This document shows, piece after piece, positions 1 to 14,976 of a stretch of 64,000 nt of DNA. The notes under the pieces were generated by a model. The model did not search any database. It worked only from the letters and a program-made list of their open reading frames with translations, and had not been told where the DNA came from. Positions within the stretch are counted from its first letter, which is position 1. Each line of letters starts with the position of its first letter. The translations under genes and the position numbers were made by a program. Location: the NCBI RefSeq assembly GCF_006345805.1, contig NC_043002.1, positions 33,480,001-33,544,000 on the forward strand, written 5' to 3'. This DNA is from Octopus sinensis (lineage: Eukaryota).

Positions 1-1157
1 TTCTGTACGTCTATGTATTCACATACGCACACTCATACATACACACATACACATGCAAGTGTGTACGCCTAACGTACCCTGGGTAGTAACCCCTAGTCAT
101 TCTATTCTCTCTCTCTTTTTCTTTCTCTCTCTGTATATTTATATATATGTGCTCGTGCGTGTGTGTGTGTGCATATGCATGTATGTATGCATACATACAT
201 ATACAAGCAAAGAGAGGAGAGAGCGAGACAAACAGACAAACAGACGGATAATTAGAACATCCTTTCTATCAATTTATCTATCAATAAATCCTCCCACTCT
301 CGCTTTCTCCCCCTATCTCTCTCTTTCTCCCTCTCCCTCTCTTTCACTCCTCTCTGCTCCATTTTCTTTCTCTATCTCTCTCAATCTTTATCTCTTCCTT
401 TCTCATTTTGAAACTTTTACATTCAGTTTTCTCTCTCCCTTTTTCTTCTTTTTATCAAATTATCGACTCTGTCTCTTTCCCATTTCCTCTCTCTTTCTCT
501 CTCTCTCTTCCTCTCTCTCTTTCTCTCTCTCTCTCTCCCTCAGTATGTGTTTTGTGCATTACAACCATTCTCCCGCTCACTCTCACTCCACCTCATTCTA
601 CAATTGTCGCTTTAAGTCAATCTTTCCCTATCCCACCTTCCTACATTCTCACTCCCACTCTTTCCTATCTACCTGTTATCTCCACCAGCCCCACCCACCA
701 CGGCTTCCTCCTCTTATACTAACCTTCTCACGCACTAACAACATCTCCTCCTCTCTCTGTTCCTAAATAGCTTTACCTATCAAACATCATTGATGCAACC
801 AGTTCTAACCGGTTAGGCTGTCGTCTGCTTCTTCCATTTACAGACGACACGGCTGTCTTTTCGTATCGGCTGTATTGGTGAATTGCTGCCTGTACAGTTG
901 CTGATTAGTGCAGCAGTGTATATAGACATGGAGTTATACAGATGGATAGAATGTTAGGTAGAAAAACAGAGACTGGTAGATAGAGATTTAGGCAGGTAAA
1001 TAGAGATGTAGGAAGGCAATCAGGAAGTTAGACATGTGTATATACAGAGAGGTAAGTAGAAAGAGAGATAAGATTAGGCAAGTAGGTAAGTAGGTATGTA
1101 CAGGTAGGTAGTTAGCGAAATAGAGAGTTAAGTAGGTAAATAGACCGAAGGATAGAC

Positions 1158-1235
<78 letters not shown>

Positions 1236-2860
1236 GCAATGTTGAGTCTGTCACAAATGGAAATCAGAACAGGAAAGTACCGACCTAGAAAACCTATAGC
1301 TTCTTGTACAAATCACAAATTTCTGTACCAATTTCGACATTCACACACACACACACACATACACACTTTCAATATGTCTATATTTACTCTGTCTCTCTCA
1401 ATCTACCTTGTTATAACTATCTTTCTCTTTCGCTGTATGCACAAACACACATACACACAAATACGTAGAAGAAAAAAAATGAAAAAAAGAGAGATAAATA
1501 GATATATCCAGATAGGAGGAGAAATACAAATAGTAAGATAAAGAAATAATGAAAGTAGGTCTGTGTGTTAATGTTGAAACGATGAACGAGGAAAACTAAC
1601 AAAGAGTTAGGAATTCCTCCATTAGGGATCAAAAATATGAAATCAACATAGAGGCGTGAATTTCCTGAAGGGCAACAATTTTATATCTATATATTATTTT
1701 ACTGATGTCAGTCTGTGGACTGCGGCTGTGCTGGGGTATCGGCTTCAAGCTTTGTGGTCGATCGCATCGACGCTACTACTAATTATTTGGAGCTAGTAAA
1801 TATTATATCGATCACTATACATTGAATGGCTAAGTTATCTTTTGAAGTGGAGGGAGACGTGTTCGAATTTAATATACTGTATTTAAGGTATTTCATATTT
1901 CTTCATTAGACGTGTAAGTGCTGTTTCGAGCAATAACATTTGCAAAGCCATTAACCCATCAACGTTTCAAGACCTTTCAGGTACGATTATCAAGAGGAAT
2001 TAGTGGTAATAATAGCTTGTTCTTTGCGTACCTGACACTGGTTTGGCCCGTAAGAATATTTTCATAAAATCATCATCGGTGTAAAAATTTTACAATGATT
2101 AAATTTCTCACAGATTTCATATTTTTAACTCGCAATGAATCTCTCTCTCTTTCTCTCACTCTCTCTCTACTTCTCTTCTATATAAAATAATAGTACTATC
2201 AACTAATGCATTTTCTGTCTAATTCTATACCGTGTACGATATTATCCTGAATTACAATGCTAATTGTTGTGAATGCATTGTCAGTTGATGAGAATATGCA
2301 GTGTTTGTTTGCCCGATGTAATAGTTTGTGTCATAAAATTTACAATTTCATTGTACTCAATAAAATTTTCATATTACATTGTTTCCATTCACTGAAATAA
2401 ATTCCGTCGCTTGCTAGATTAACTTATTGCAATTCAGAAATCTAAAATCAACAGACCAAATAAAATTGCTCTATACAAACATATATTAGAACGTATGTTC
2501 GGTGTGGGTGTTTGTATAGGAGGTCATATATGCCCATGAGAGAGAGTGTGTGTGTGTATGTGAAAGTGGGTGTATGTGTGTGTGCTTTTTAATGAACATA
2601 AATCACCCGGTAAAGTTACGTTCTTTGTTAATAATACAGGATCTTTGGCAGAGTGACATGAGGAACGATTCGACTAGTTTCATTTTGCATTACAGAGTCT
2701 CAAAGGATCGCTTATCTCGGAATCCCAAGTTTCTGCAAGAAGGAATTACCTACGTAAAATGCAAAGAGGATTATGAGTGGCATAACTTCATTTACATATT
2801 GGTATGAAACAAAAAACAATTTTGCGTGTATTTGCATATACATATATACACACACACACA

Positions 2861-2925
<65 letters not shown>

Positions 2926-3160
2926 CACATGCATACATACATACATACAAACATACATACATACACACATACATACATACATACATACATACATACATAC
3001 ATACATACATACATACATACATACATAGGGTTCGATAAGTGCGAACGCACGAAACGCTTCATCCTTCCTACATTGTTACTTCTGCCGAATATCAACAAAA
3101 ACATACACACATACACACACGCGCGAACAGGCAAGCAAACACACCTATATATATGCATGC

Positions 3161-3206
<46 letters not shown>

Positions 3207-3217
3207 TATATATATAT

Positions 3218-3248
<31 letters not shown>

Positions 3249-3275
3249 GTGTGTGTGTGTGCGTCTGTATATTAG

Positions 3276-3364
<89 letters not shown>

Positions 3365-3566
3365 AGGATGGCTGTGTCAACACCAGGTGTTATTCTTTAT
3401 TTTACACGTGTCTAGTTCGAGATTTCAAGGAGGGTGGGATTGAAATCAAACGAGTTATATAGAATGGTGAAAAGACTGCAGTAATATCTACATATATTAT
3501 AGTAAAGAACTGGTGCTGACGCACTCGCATGTACCATTCTATAGATGCTATTAGAACAGTAGCAGC

Positions 3567-3624
3567 TGATGATGATGATGATGATGGTGGGGGTGACAAC
3601 AACGACGTCGTTGAGAACGATGAC

Positions 3625-3668
<44 letters not shown>

Positions 3669-3708
3669 CGACGACGACGACGACGACGACGGTGATGATG
3701 ATGATGAC

Positions 3709-3745
<37 letters not shown>

Positions 3746-3769
3746 GTGATGATTATGATGATGATGATT

Positions 3770-3833
<64 letters not shown>
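3567..3833. repeat. Compound (GAT/GAC)n microsatellite
   Basis: Read directly; source of the poly-D, poly-M and poly-H ORFs. Confidence 0.95.
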
Positions 3834-4030
3834 CAGTTTGTTTCTGCTACTGCTGCCACTGCTGCTGTTTATAGTGATGTTCATAGTGCTGGTAATAATG
3901 CGTTGATTAATACAATGACGTGGTCCAGCGTTAATTGATTTATTGCTGAGGGAGGAAGGGAAGAGTCCTAATGAGCGAGAGGAGGTAGAAAGATAATTAG
4001 AAAGAAAGAGAGAGAGAAAGAGAAAGAGGC

Positions 4031-4064
<34 letters not shown>

Positions 4065-4357
4065 AGAAAAGTAGAGAGGCAGGCAAAATATGTGGAGAGA
4101 ACCAGATATATAAAAATCAGCTGAAGGCTATAACAAATATATGTTAACATTAATATATATTTATTCTTATACATATTTGCATTCATACATACATTCATAC
4201 AAAAATACATGTATATATACAAGCACCTGTATGTATCTCTCTTCCTCCTATCTCTCTCTCTATCTCTTCACTCTCTCTCTCTCTCTCATTCTCTCTGTAC
4301 ATATGTATAAATATGTGTGTGTACCCGCACACACACGCGCACACACACACACACATT

Positions 4358-4560
4358 CTTTTATTCTTTTGTTTGTTTCAGTCGTTCGGCTTCGGCCATG
4401 CTGGAGCACCGCCTTTTTAATCAAAGAAATCGACCCTAGGACTTATTCTTTGTAGGCCTGATATTTATTCTATCGGTTTCTTTTGCCGAACCGCTAAGTT
4501 ACAGGGACGTAAACACACCAGCATCGGTTGTAATGCGATGGTGAGGAACAAACATCGACA
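4358..4560 (-). mobile_element. Family B SINE 3' half
   Basis: GGCCATGCTGGAGCACCGCC...TTTTGCCGAACCGCTAAGTTAC...ACACCAGCATCGGTTG. Further partial or diverged plus-strand copies at about 28490-28712, 34750-35130 and 40425-40785. Confidence 0.8.
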
Positions 4561-4584
4561 CAAAGACACACACATAAATATATA

Positions 4585-4690
4585 CCGTATATGCTCGAGT
4601 AATAGTCGAACTCATATACAAGTCGGCCCTCTATTTTGGGCCCAAAAATCGGGGATTTTCCATAGACCCCTGTATAAAAGTCGACCCTAG
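4585..4690 (+). mobile_element. pogo/Tc1-like DNA transposon terminus
   Basis: TA|CCGTATATGCTCGAGTAATAGTCGA with repeated TATA(C/A)AAGTCG motifs; a similar terminus TACCGTATATGTCGACGTATAAGACG at about 50463. Confidence 0.45.
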
Positions 4691-5100
4691 TATTTTACGA
4701 ACAACAGGACATCATTTGTGGGCCAAGGTACGTAGAAATAAGACTGTTACAAAATTGTGTGGCTATCTTACTGTAGCCTGCCCTATAGGAGGAATGCTTT
4801 GTGCTTATAAAGGCAAGCTTGGTGCTTGTAGTAAAACACCATTTAATAGCAAGTACTACACATCTGTTGATGGGTGCTACATTACCATTGCTAAAATGTA
4901 TGCACAGGATATACTGCAAGCCAGCATACATCTTGAATGTATACACAATAAACACATGTGTCATACACTCGTTGTTTACATGGTGAGAAACGTGTTTCAC
5001 AGACAGCACTATTGGCGAACACTGGCAAACACCACTGTCTAAATTTGTACAATGGTATCACTTCGGTAAGCCTAAACGAACATTTAGTTAATCCTTAGAT

Positions 5101-5219
5101 CAGTGGCTCCCAAATGTTTCCTGCCGCGGCGTCCTTCGACATTATTTTTTGAAATGTGGAACCCCTGATAAATTTCAGGGAGCCCTAAGGTTCTGCAGAA
5201 CACATTTTGGGAAGCCCTG
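5101..5219. mobile_element. Degenerate hAT-like MITE
   Basis: Imperfect termini CAGTGGCTCCCAAA / TTTGGGAAGCCCTG and an internal GGAACCCCTG motif; no intact TSD. Confidence 0.45.
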
Positions 5220-5408
5220 CTCCAGGTCAAAAACTCTACATCGCATTACCAACATTTTCTGGTAATTGCACATGAGAGCTACGCGGTCTTGTTTATGGGT
5301 TTTGTTATTTACTAGGACGCGTGTATTATGCATTGAGTTGGTAATATTACCGTAATTCATTGTGTTTTGGTTTTATTTGCTTAAAGATCAGCTGAACTTA
5401 TATATGTA

Positions 5409-5454
<46 letters not shown>

Positions 5455-6050
5455 CATCTGGTATAATGCACCATTCGCATTATATTAATAATGTTCCTAG
5501 CAATATAATATATAATTACCTCAAAATTATATTTATTAAATTGTAGAACCACTCTTACATTGAAATGTTCCCATAAATATTTTAAAAAATCATTGAAATA
5601 TTTCAAAAGTAAATAACACCTTAATTACAAACGCGTTTCCTATAACGCAATAAGCATAAATTTTCTAAATTGTGTAATATATATAAATCGCTAAGAACTA
5701 CATAACGCGACGTAGAATCTTTATGTATATTTTCTTCCGTTATCAACTGGTGTCATCATAAGTTTAGATACTAAACTAGCTTTTCTTAGAACATATTCTT
5801 TCTTAACGTTATTTTCGTATGCGTTCATATATGAGAGATATTATCTATATTCACATTGAATTCAATCTGTTTTGGGTTACCTCCTTGATAACATTTTATT
5901 AATATAAATTTTCGGATATATTTATTTGAATGATATTTTGTACCTTTTTTCTATATCTAAATATGCTGGTACAATAGAAACAATTGTTGGGAATGTATTG
6001 TGTAATCATCAATTAGAGGTGTGATTTTTCTCCATTCTTGTTCATGTCAT

Positions 6051-6084
<34 letters not shown>

Positions 6085-6087
<3 letters not shown>

Positions 6088-6205
6088 AAGAGCGTAGGCT
6101 CGAAACGTAAAAGACTTTTTCTATTCCTGAGCATTTTAATAATACATCTGTTTGTTTTGTACACCACCTGTCTTCGTCTTTTGTTTTTTTCGTAAACTCT
6201 CCCTT
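6085..6205 (+). mobile_element. 5'-truncated copy of the hammerhead-like (TA)n-embedded repeat
   Basis: GAAGAGCGTAGGCTCGAAACGTAAAAGAC...GTACACCACCTGTCTTCGTC...CGTAAACTCTCCCT between (TA)n arrays. Confidence 0.6.
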
Positions 6206-6207
6206 TG

Positions 6208-6267
<60 letters not shown>

Positions 6268-6290
6268 ATATATGTATGTATTTATGTATG

Positions 6291-6344
<54 letters not shown>

Positions 6345-9021
6345 CCAAGAAGAGAGACCCATATTAATGATCGCACATTAGGTCATACTGCTTTGCATAC
6401 ACAAAAAGACATACTAGACTCCTTTGTTATGAAGTCCGTTACCAACATGCCCTACAGCCCTGTTGTATCCTCTATCTTTTCTACCAATACTACTAAATGG
6501 CTTCTGCTCCTCTGAACTATCTAGTATTATACCACATCTACTCAGGACCTCCAGATTCATTTGTCGCTTTTCCTGTCATCACCCCCTTTATTCCCTCCAC
6601 ACCTCTACAGGATGTGAATTAAGCTCCCTTTCAAATTTTTCCCCAATCATGTGGATTGTGTAGAATCCCTTCTCAGTTTATGTTTTCCTGTTGTCGTCTA
6701 CATTTTACTGCTCGACATAATTGGTATCACTCTCATGGAGATCCTCCGAAAGCCTTCATCGCAATCCCTTCCTTTAGATGAAACCAATATAAGCCAATAT
6801 ATATATCCTTTAATATATGTCCATTTCTGGGTTCAATTTCCTCCGAGGTCGACTTTGTCTTTCATTCTTTTGAAGTTGAAAAAATAAGTACTAGTTAAGC
6901 AAGGTGTGAGCTTGTATTCAATTCTCTGCCTCAAATGTTGCTGGCTTTGTGCCAAAATTAGACTATATATCCATTGATGCGCATTGAGTATGGTATAAAT
7001 TCTACTTAAATGTACCGGTAGTTATACTCAGAGACGGGGGCAAGTCATTACGGGAAGGAATTTAAAAGTGAACGGACAAATCGCTATGTTTGATAAATTT
7101 TAAAAGTTTTAAACTTTAAACTTGTTGAAAGAAGATGTATGAGTCAAAGTTACTTGTTTTCTCATTAATGAAGATGCAGTGGAGCTTGGCAAAAATTTTA
7201 CTGTTTTTCTTATGTTTTTGGGAGGTGCCCAGGTAACTGTCAGTTTGTGAGGCACTAATTTAAAATGCATCTCTTTACATCTTCTTCAATATACATACAA
7301 CTAAACTTCCTACAATATACCCCACTCTGTAGTTTATTCTATATACATTCTCCTACAATTTATTTAATATACATCCATTAAATAAACACCTGTTTATACT
7401 TCCTTCTATATACACAATCTTTGTTGTCCACGTGATCGGCTGTATATTCTCCCATATTGATCTAATCATGTTGAAACTAGACCATGTCACTACAAATTTT
7501 CCATTAGCCTAATCAAGATATACGGTGTCAGGAATGTTACCTGGATGAATAACTACTGCCCAGCTGATATTTCATAGATTTACTTATAATGAAGAATTTG
7601 AACTTGCAACTGCCAACCATAGAAATATTTGTCAATTCATCAGCATGACTATTTCTACCGTTGCTGCTGGTAGTTACAGCGGCGAACTACATCACCCTGC
7701 AGTTTCTCCTTATATCGAGATAGACTAGGCCGTTGTCATTTAAGAAAGTTTATCACGGACAAACATGGCGACGATGATAAAACGCAAATTGCCGACTTTT
7801 CGGCTTATCGTCCAATGCAGTAGAACAACTAGGACCTTTACACTCCTATTTACATTCCGCTTTGCTGACTTTATTCTACCTCCCACCATAATCATTGAAA
7901 ATCATTACACAGATCCAAACTTAATTTCTTTGTCCTAATGTTCTTCTACAAATCTTCATATATTCAGAATTCCCGTTCCGTTTTAACATGCCGCCAAACA
8001 ATAATTAAATACAAGAAATATTAAACACTGAACAAACTGAGGTTGATTAGTAGAAACGGTTGTGCACTGGATAAAATGCAGCATTTAATTACGTCTATAT
8101 ACGCTCTAAGTTCAAATCCCATTGGGATTAGCTTTGCATTATGGTGTCAATAAAACAAAAGAGCAGTTAGATATTGGTGTCAATTAGAAATTATAATTAC
8201 AAATTAGACATATATATTGAGACCCATTGTCAACAGAATAGTAAATATGTTAGAGTTTATTCTATAACTATGTTCTTAATGAGATAACATAGAAGCATCT
8301 ACACAGCCACTCCAATAGATAGGAAGGGCAACCATATTTCCTGCAAACCAGACACCCTACAATCTTAAAAATGATAGTACAATGTCTCAAGAATAAAAAA
8401 AACGGGGTGTTTTAAAGCCAGAGTGATTATATTTTATCAGCGGACTACTTGATCAAGTATGACCGAAACGATAACAACAACGATGTAAGCCTTTCTAGTG
8501 GAGCGTTGCTCATGTTTAGATGGGGAATAGGGTGTAATTTTGCTTTGGGTGACGCTACATCATTGTTTCGTTGTTCGATTGGGTGACAATAAAAGATGTC
8601 TCAAAGAAGGTCAAAAAAACAGTCAACACCGTGTAGCGAAGGAAGTGACAACCATCTGCATACATTAAATAATTATACTCTGCGGTATAACACGTATTGA
8701 ATGTTACATTCCTGTGTTCTGTGAAACAGAAAAGTCGTGTGTATGTGTGTGTGTATGTGTGTGCATGTGTGTGCATGTGTGTGTGTGTGTGAGTGTGCAT
8801 GCATATATGTAATCATATATACATACATGTATGCAGACACACGCACGCACACATGGACACACACGAATATGTATGAAATATATATATATATGTATGTATG
8901 TATTTATGTATGTATGTATGTATGTATGTATGTATGTATGTATGTATGTATGTATGTATGTATGTATGTATGTATGCATGTATGTATGTGTGTGCGTGTA
9001 TATATATATATATATTGTATG

Positions 9022-9055
<34 letters not shown>

Positions 9056-9414
9056 TATATGTATGTATATATTGTGTACGTATAATGTTGTGCTAGTATA
9101 TATAAGTATACACTTACGCATAATTGGTTGTGTCTTCAAAGAAAACATATAAAAGCTTTTGGAATACTCTCACAGTTAATGCTATCAACGAAATTACTTT
9201 TGCCCGACAGGAAATCTTGCAATTCTACTAAAATGTCTGGAAGCAATGAATCCCTATACTTAATACCTTCAATCTTCATTCTAGTCGAGTTAGAAACTGT
9301 TATCTCTTTAAATATACTCAGCATTCTGACTTTTATACTTTTTATTATATTACATACTATATGTGGTTCACAACACTGTCTACAAGACCAAGGCTTTTGC
9401 TTTATGCTAAAATA

Positions 9415-9812
9415 ACTATGTGATTGTGTGGTAGGAAGCTTGCTTCCTAACCACATGACTCCGGGTTCAATGCTACTGCGTGGCACCTTGAGCAAGTGTT
9501 TTCCACTATAGCTTCGGGCTAACCAAAGCCAGGTCAGTGGATTCGGTAGACGGAAACTGAAAGTTTCCCGTTGTGTATATATGTATCTATGTTTCTGTGT
9601 CACTGTGTCTATGATTGTACCCCTCTCCCAACCGTTTCACAACCGGTGTTGAGGTGTTTACGTCCCCGTAAGTGAGCGGTTCCAAGTGAACGATTGTATA
9701 AGTACCAGGCTTTAAAAATATATGCTAGGGTCGATTCGTTCGATTAAAGATTCTTGAAGGTGGTGCTCCAGCATGGCCGCAATCTAATACCTGAAACTAG
9801 TAAAAGATAAAA
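9415..9812 (+). mobile_element. SINE family B, diverged
   Basis: TGTGTGGTAGGAAGCTTGCTTCC...GGATTCGGTAGACGGAAACTGAAAG...GGTGCTCCAGCATGGCCGC. Confidence 0.8.
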
Positions 9813-9907
9813 GATATATACATATATATACATACATAGACACATATGCATGCGTATTTATGTATATATCTTTTATCTTTTGTCTTTACATATACGGATA
9901 TACGTAT

Positions 9908-9965
<58 letters not shown>

Positions 9966-10184
9966 GAGAAGTAGAAAGTTCTTGGTACAGTATTATATAT
10001 TCGGAATATGAATAGAAATAGCTTTTCTGATAAATTTTCTACTTTAATTATTAGTTGTTTATAAGCTTCTAAACTTACAAACATCTAATTATTAAAGTGA
10101 AAAAGCCATTTCTATTCATTTGTCCATATACACACACACACGTGTGTATATGCATGTTTGCATGTATGTATGTATGTATGTATG

Positions 10185-10216
<32 letters not shown>

Positions 10217-10774
10217 TGTATGTATGTATGTATGTATGTATGTATGTATGTATATATGTATGTATGTATGTAAGTGTGTATGTGTATGCGGTGAGCTGCG
10301 AATCATTTCTTCTTAATTGAATTATATAACCCGAATAAGGAAATATGTCATAAATGTTAATTTCAGCCCTAGAAAATTCAAGTGTGAGAACACCGAACAT
10401 TTTAATCAACCAAGATTCAAATTTTAAAATGTATGTAGAATGAAGGAAACGGTGAGTGGACATAAATTTTGACAGCTATTGAGACAACTCCCCGCATATT
10501 TCGGTCTTATGTGACGTCTTCAGGCACTTTAATTGCTATGAAGGTCTTAAAACAACTTATAGAATTATTTTCTTGTATGATGATCTTCTACAAATTAAAC
10601 TAATTAAAGTAATGAAACTGGAAAACTTCCCAATGTCGTCTTCTGTGTTCAAAACAAATGGTTCCAGCTGCTATTGCCGAAGTGGTAACAGAAAACAATT
10701 TTTAATGAATTGATATTTTAACTCTAATGAGAAAAAGACTGTACCATAGCAATAAATGAAAATTTTCTGAGGAA

Positions 10775-11168
10775 GTGGATGTGTAGTATGAAGTTTGCTT
10801 CCAAACCACATGGTTCGTGGTTCAGGTATGGTACCTTCGGCAAGTTTCTTCTCTTATGATCTCGGGCCGCTCAAAACCTACGGATCGGATTTCGTAGACA
10901 GAAACTGAAAGGCGGCGAGCTGGCAGAAACGTTAGCACGCCGGGCGAAATGCTTAGCAGTATTTCGTCTGCCGCTACGTTCTGAGTTTCAAATACCACCG
11001 AGGTCGACTTTGCCTTTCATCCTTTCGGAGTAGATTAAATAAGTACCAGTTACGCACTGGGATCGATATAATCGACTTAATCCGTTTGTCTGTCCTCGTT
11101 TTTCCCCTCTATGTGTAGCTCCTTGTGGGCAGTAAAGAAATAAGAAACTGAAAGAAGCCTGTCGGTCG

Positions 11169-11250
<82 letters not shown>

Positions 11251-11497
11251 TGCGTGCGTGTTGAGTCTGTGTTTGAGCCTGTGTCTGTCCTCTATGACCG
11301 TTTGATAATCGGTGTTGGTGAGTTTACGTTCCTGTAAATTAGCGGCTCGGCAAAAGTGGCTAATAGAATAAGTACCAAGCTTTAGAAAATGTTGTAAGTA
11401 CTGAGATTTATTCGTTCGACAAAAGCTCTTTAAGGCGGTGCCAAAGCATGGCTGCAGTCTAATGACTTCAGCAAGTAAAAGATAAAAGATAAAAGAT
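10775..11497 (+). mobile_element. SINE family B, diverged, interrupted by a family A insertion
   Basis: Family B head at 10775-10910 resumes at 11154 (GAAGCCTGTC) after the TSD. Confidence 0.8.
10911..11142 (+). mobile_element. SINE family A (Meta/MESC-like central domain), nested in a family B SINE
   Basis: GGCGGCGAGCTGGCAGAAACG...GTCGACTTTGCCTTTCATCCTTTCGG...AAGTACC; TSD AGAAACTGAAA at 10900-10910 and 11143-11153. Confidence 0.85.
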
Positions 11498-12511
11498 TGA
11501 TGTGACAAGGGAGAAAACCTAACAAAATTTCAACCAACAATGAATGTATACAAACAATCATTGGGTTCGGTAGTGAGTGTGAGCTGTGGCAGAGCTATGA
11601 TCCAAAGCTACAACGTTTTCTTTTTCAGGTGTAGTGCTCACTCCGAATGGAATCAGTGCGTTTATTTGAGAGAAACTGTCGATCATTTCTTGCAAGGAAA
11701 TCGTCTGCGTAGAGAAGATATGGGCAACCCGCAGCCTACGGGAGTTTCTCAATTGCTCACCTAATTCCAAGAGGAAAATAATGCTCATTAGAATTTTTTA
11801 TTAGTGGTCCGGCCCGCCTCATGATGAGCTAAGTCTCATGCGACCTGCTTCTCCAAAAAAACATTGACTATATATGATGCAGACGCTCTTTCATAGGTTC
11901 ACAGAGTCGTTGATACGTTAGGAGAGAATCGTGGTGAAGGCGATGTTGTTGTTGCTGTTGTTGTTGTTGGTGGTGCTGCTGCTGCTGCTGGTGGCGGTGG
12001 TGGCGGAGACTATCATCGTTGCCGTCGTTGCCATTGCACAAGTAGTTTTTGCACTGTATTTGGTGTTTATATTATTGGTAACGTTGTAACAGTAGGATAC
12101 CTGGGGCACAGGGGTGTTAGTCACAGCAATATTAAGAGCCGTAGTAATAGTTGTAGTGATTCCTTTAGCTAATGATGTTATTGTTAAAGGAGTTGTAGGT
12201 GATATTATAGCAGAGGTAGTCGTGGCATGTTGTGTGTGTTTGCAATAATAGCGGTAGTGATGTTAGCGTATGTTTTGCACTTGGTGCTTACGTATTAATT
12301 GGTTATTGTATTTATGCTGTTACGTTTGCAAAAGTGGGTTATATATACATGCATCCATACACACACGCATACAGACAGACAGACTGACAGATAAGTGTAT
12401 ACTTTCATGGTTATCTACCTTCGTATCTTTGTCAACCTCTATTTTTACACGTGAAATTAATTGACAAACAAAACAAACATGTATGAAGTACACAGACGAG
12501 TAGACGAAACC

Positions 12512-12606
<95 letters not shown>

Positions 12607-12766
12607 TCTTGGAGGAAATGTAATTTATTGAGTTGAATATAGTAAACATGTCCTGCAGGCCAACGTTGGGATACAATTCAATGCCGAAGCCGAATGGCTA
12701 GATTTGAACACACTCATTAATCAACGAAATCAATTACTACTCAGTGCTTTACCATCTGAGTAAATC

Positions 12767-12985
12767 TTTTACTCTTTTACTCGTTTATTTATTTCAGCCA
12801 TTTGACTATGGCCATGCTGGAGCACCGCCTTTAGTCGAGCAAATCGAACCCAGGACTTATTCTTTGTAAGCCTAGTACTTCTTCTATCGGTCCTTTTGCC
12901 GAACCGCTTAGTTACGGTGACGTACACACACCACCATCGGTTGTCAAGCGATGTTGGGGGGACAAACACAAACATAAACACAAAC

Positions 12986-13056
<71 letters not shown>

Positions 13057-13226
13057 TATATACGTATATACGACGGGCTTCTTTCAGTTTCCGCCTACCA
13101 AATCCCCTCACAAGGCTTTGGTCGGCCCGAGGCTATAGTAGAAGACACTTGCCCAAGGTGCCACGCAGTGGGAATGAACCCGGAACCATGTGGTTGGTAA
13201 GCAATCAACTTACAACACAGCCACTC
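12767..13226 (-). mobile_element. SINE family B
   Basis: Same consensus on the minus strand, with an expanded internal (TA)n. Confidence 0.85.
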
Positions 13227-14058
13227 TTAAAGACCGGATAGTAGAGTCACAGTAGATAATGATTTCAAATTTTATAATGCAGCTTGTAATTTTAGGGCGT
13301 CAGTATTAGTTGCTTGATTGTATAATTTGTGCTTTAACTTTACGCATTTTCGATATAACTAAGGATTGAAGTTTAAGCTTCGTATCATGTTTGAGAGAGG
13401 ATAATTAGAATTTTTTGATTACTTATTAAGCGTGTTCATGCAACCTCTTGTAAGAAGCAAATCAAGTCTATAAATGCTTTCCAAGTGCAGTGTATCAAGC
13501 GAGCTTGCTATTATATCATATCAAAAGTTGATAGCTCAGCCCTGGGCGAAACTATTGAGTACACACGCTCTCTTCTGTATGCTTGTAAGCATATATGTGT
13601 GTGCGTGTTTGCGTTTGTGTTTGAATGTGTGTTGATATGTGTGCGCGTGTGTGTATGTATGAAATGAAAAAAGCATAGCTGTTTTGAGCTGTGAAGTTGT
13701 TCAATGCTTTCACGGTAGACTTCCCAACCGTCACCGGCGTGCAGCTGGAAAGCGTCGACCTAAAATAAATGTTCACCACATTAAGTATTTGCTTAAACCA
13801 GCCGGGGTAGATGTACAACTAAAATAGAAACTGGATAAATATAGATTCCACAGAATATAGAATACCCTAGTGTATGTAAAGGAATCCGTACTAATAGAGA
13901 CTTGATAAGGTCGACAAATACCCAGGTAGCAGTGTGTTTATGTACTCGTTTAGTTGCATTACTATTTTTATTGTAATTTTCGTATTGGATACTTGTGTAT
14001 GTGTATGTTTATAAATATATGCGGAGGGGGTTATATATACACACACTCACATATATAT

Positions 14059-14112
<54 letters not shown>

Positions 14113-14720
14113 CCTTTTTGCTGAGCCTACCATAGCGAACAGTAAACACACTCACCCACTCATACACACATATGAAATTAAATACACAACCGTGTACATA
14201 TGCAAATATTTAGAAATATAACCAGACTGGTTTAAATATAGACATTTTTATGCGTATACACACTCATGCACGCATACGCAAAATGGATATATATATAACT
14301 TTATGCATAGATTTTTTATATTTAGTAGTCTACATGCGATTTAAACATCATTATTACACATTTTTTATGTTTATCGGAAGTCGACATTTTACTTATAAAA
14401 GTTTCCCAGGTTCATTTTAACATTTCAACACTATGTCATCCTCATTTTCTAACTAAATTGATTAAAGTGATATGTTATTCCTGCATATTTTAGCTTGCTA
14501 TAAGGCTAAAGCATAATTCCCTTGAGCACTTCCTGAATATTGCAAAACGCGGCAATCAATGTCATGTGACGGAAATTGCCAATTTCGTCACAAGATGAAG
14601 CTGAGAAAGCCTTGAACCCTTTTTGGAGTCACGGACATTATTGTTCGTTCGTATATATCCATAAAAGATCCATAAGAAATTTATTAAGTTTGTTTTTATT
14701 TTTTAGATATTAATCTCATT

Positions 14721-14976
14721 TAATAGTTATCGCCATACTAATATGGCATTCTTATAAAAATAAGAATAAAGCTGTCCGCTTATTAGCTCCATGAGGCCAT
14801 CGCCTTAAGTTAGCTATTTGATACACAAACTGTATCCATATAACCTTCGAAGGTTATATGGATACAGTTTGTGTATCAAATAGCTAACTTAAGGCGATGG
14901 CCTCATGGAGCTACTAAGCGGACAGCTTTATTCTTATTTTTATAAGAATGCCATATTAGTATGGCGATAACTATTA
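14721..14976. repeat. 256-bp loop-less palindrome
   Basis: 128-bp arms centred on TTC|GAA (14848/14849); one mismatch seen. Confidence 0.95.

Noticed and set aside
53-766. 237-aa ORF and the many YIYI/CVCV/HTHT ORFs in the track
   Set aside because: These arise from CT-rich, (TA)n, (CA)n and (ATGT)n repeats that lack stop codons.
2696-2801. Exon-like segment (TACAG acceptor, TG|GTATGA donor), possibly joining an acceptor at 11628
   Set aside because: No recognisable peptide in any frame, and the phase-1 frame has stops. It could be a UTR exon but this is unsupported.
3529-3906. Poly-Asp ORF (and the similar one at 29746-30120) as an acidic biomineralisation protein
   Set aside because: Translation of a (GAT)n microsatellite that is open in several frames; no signal peptide or splice support.
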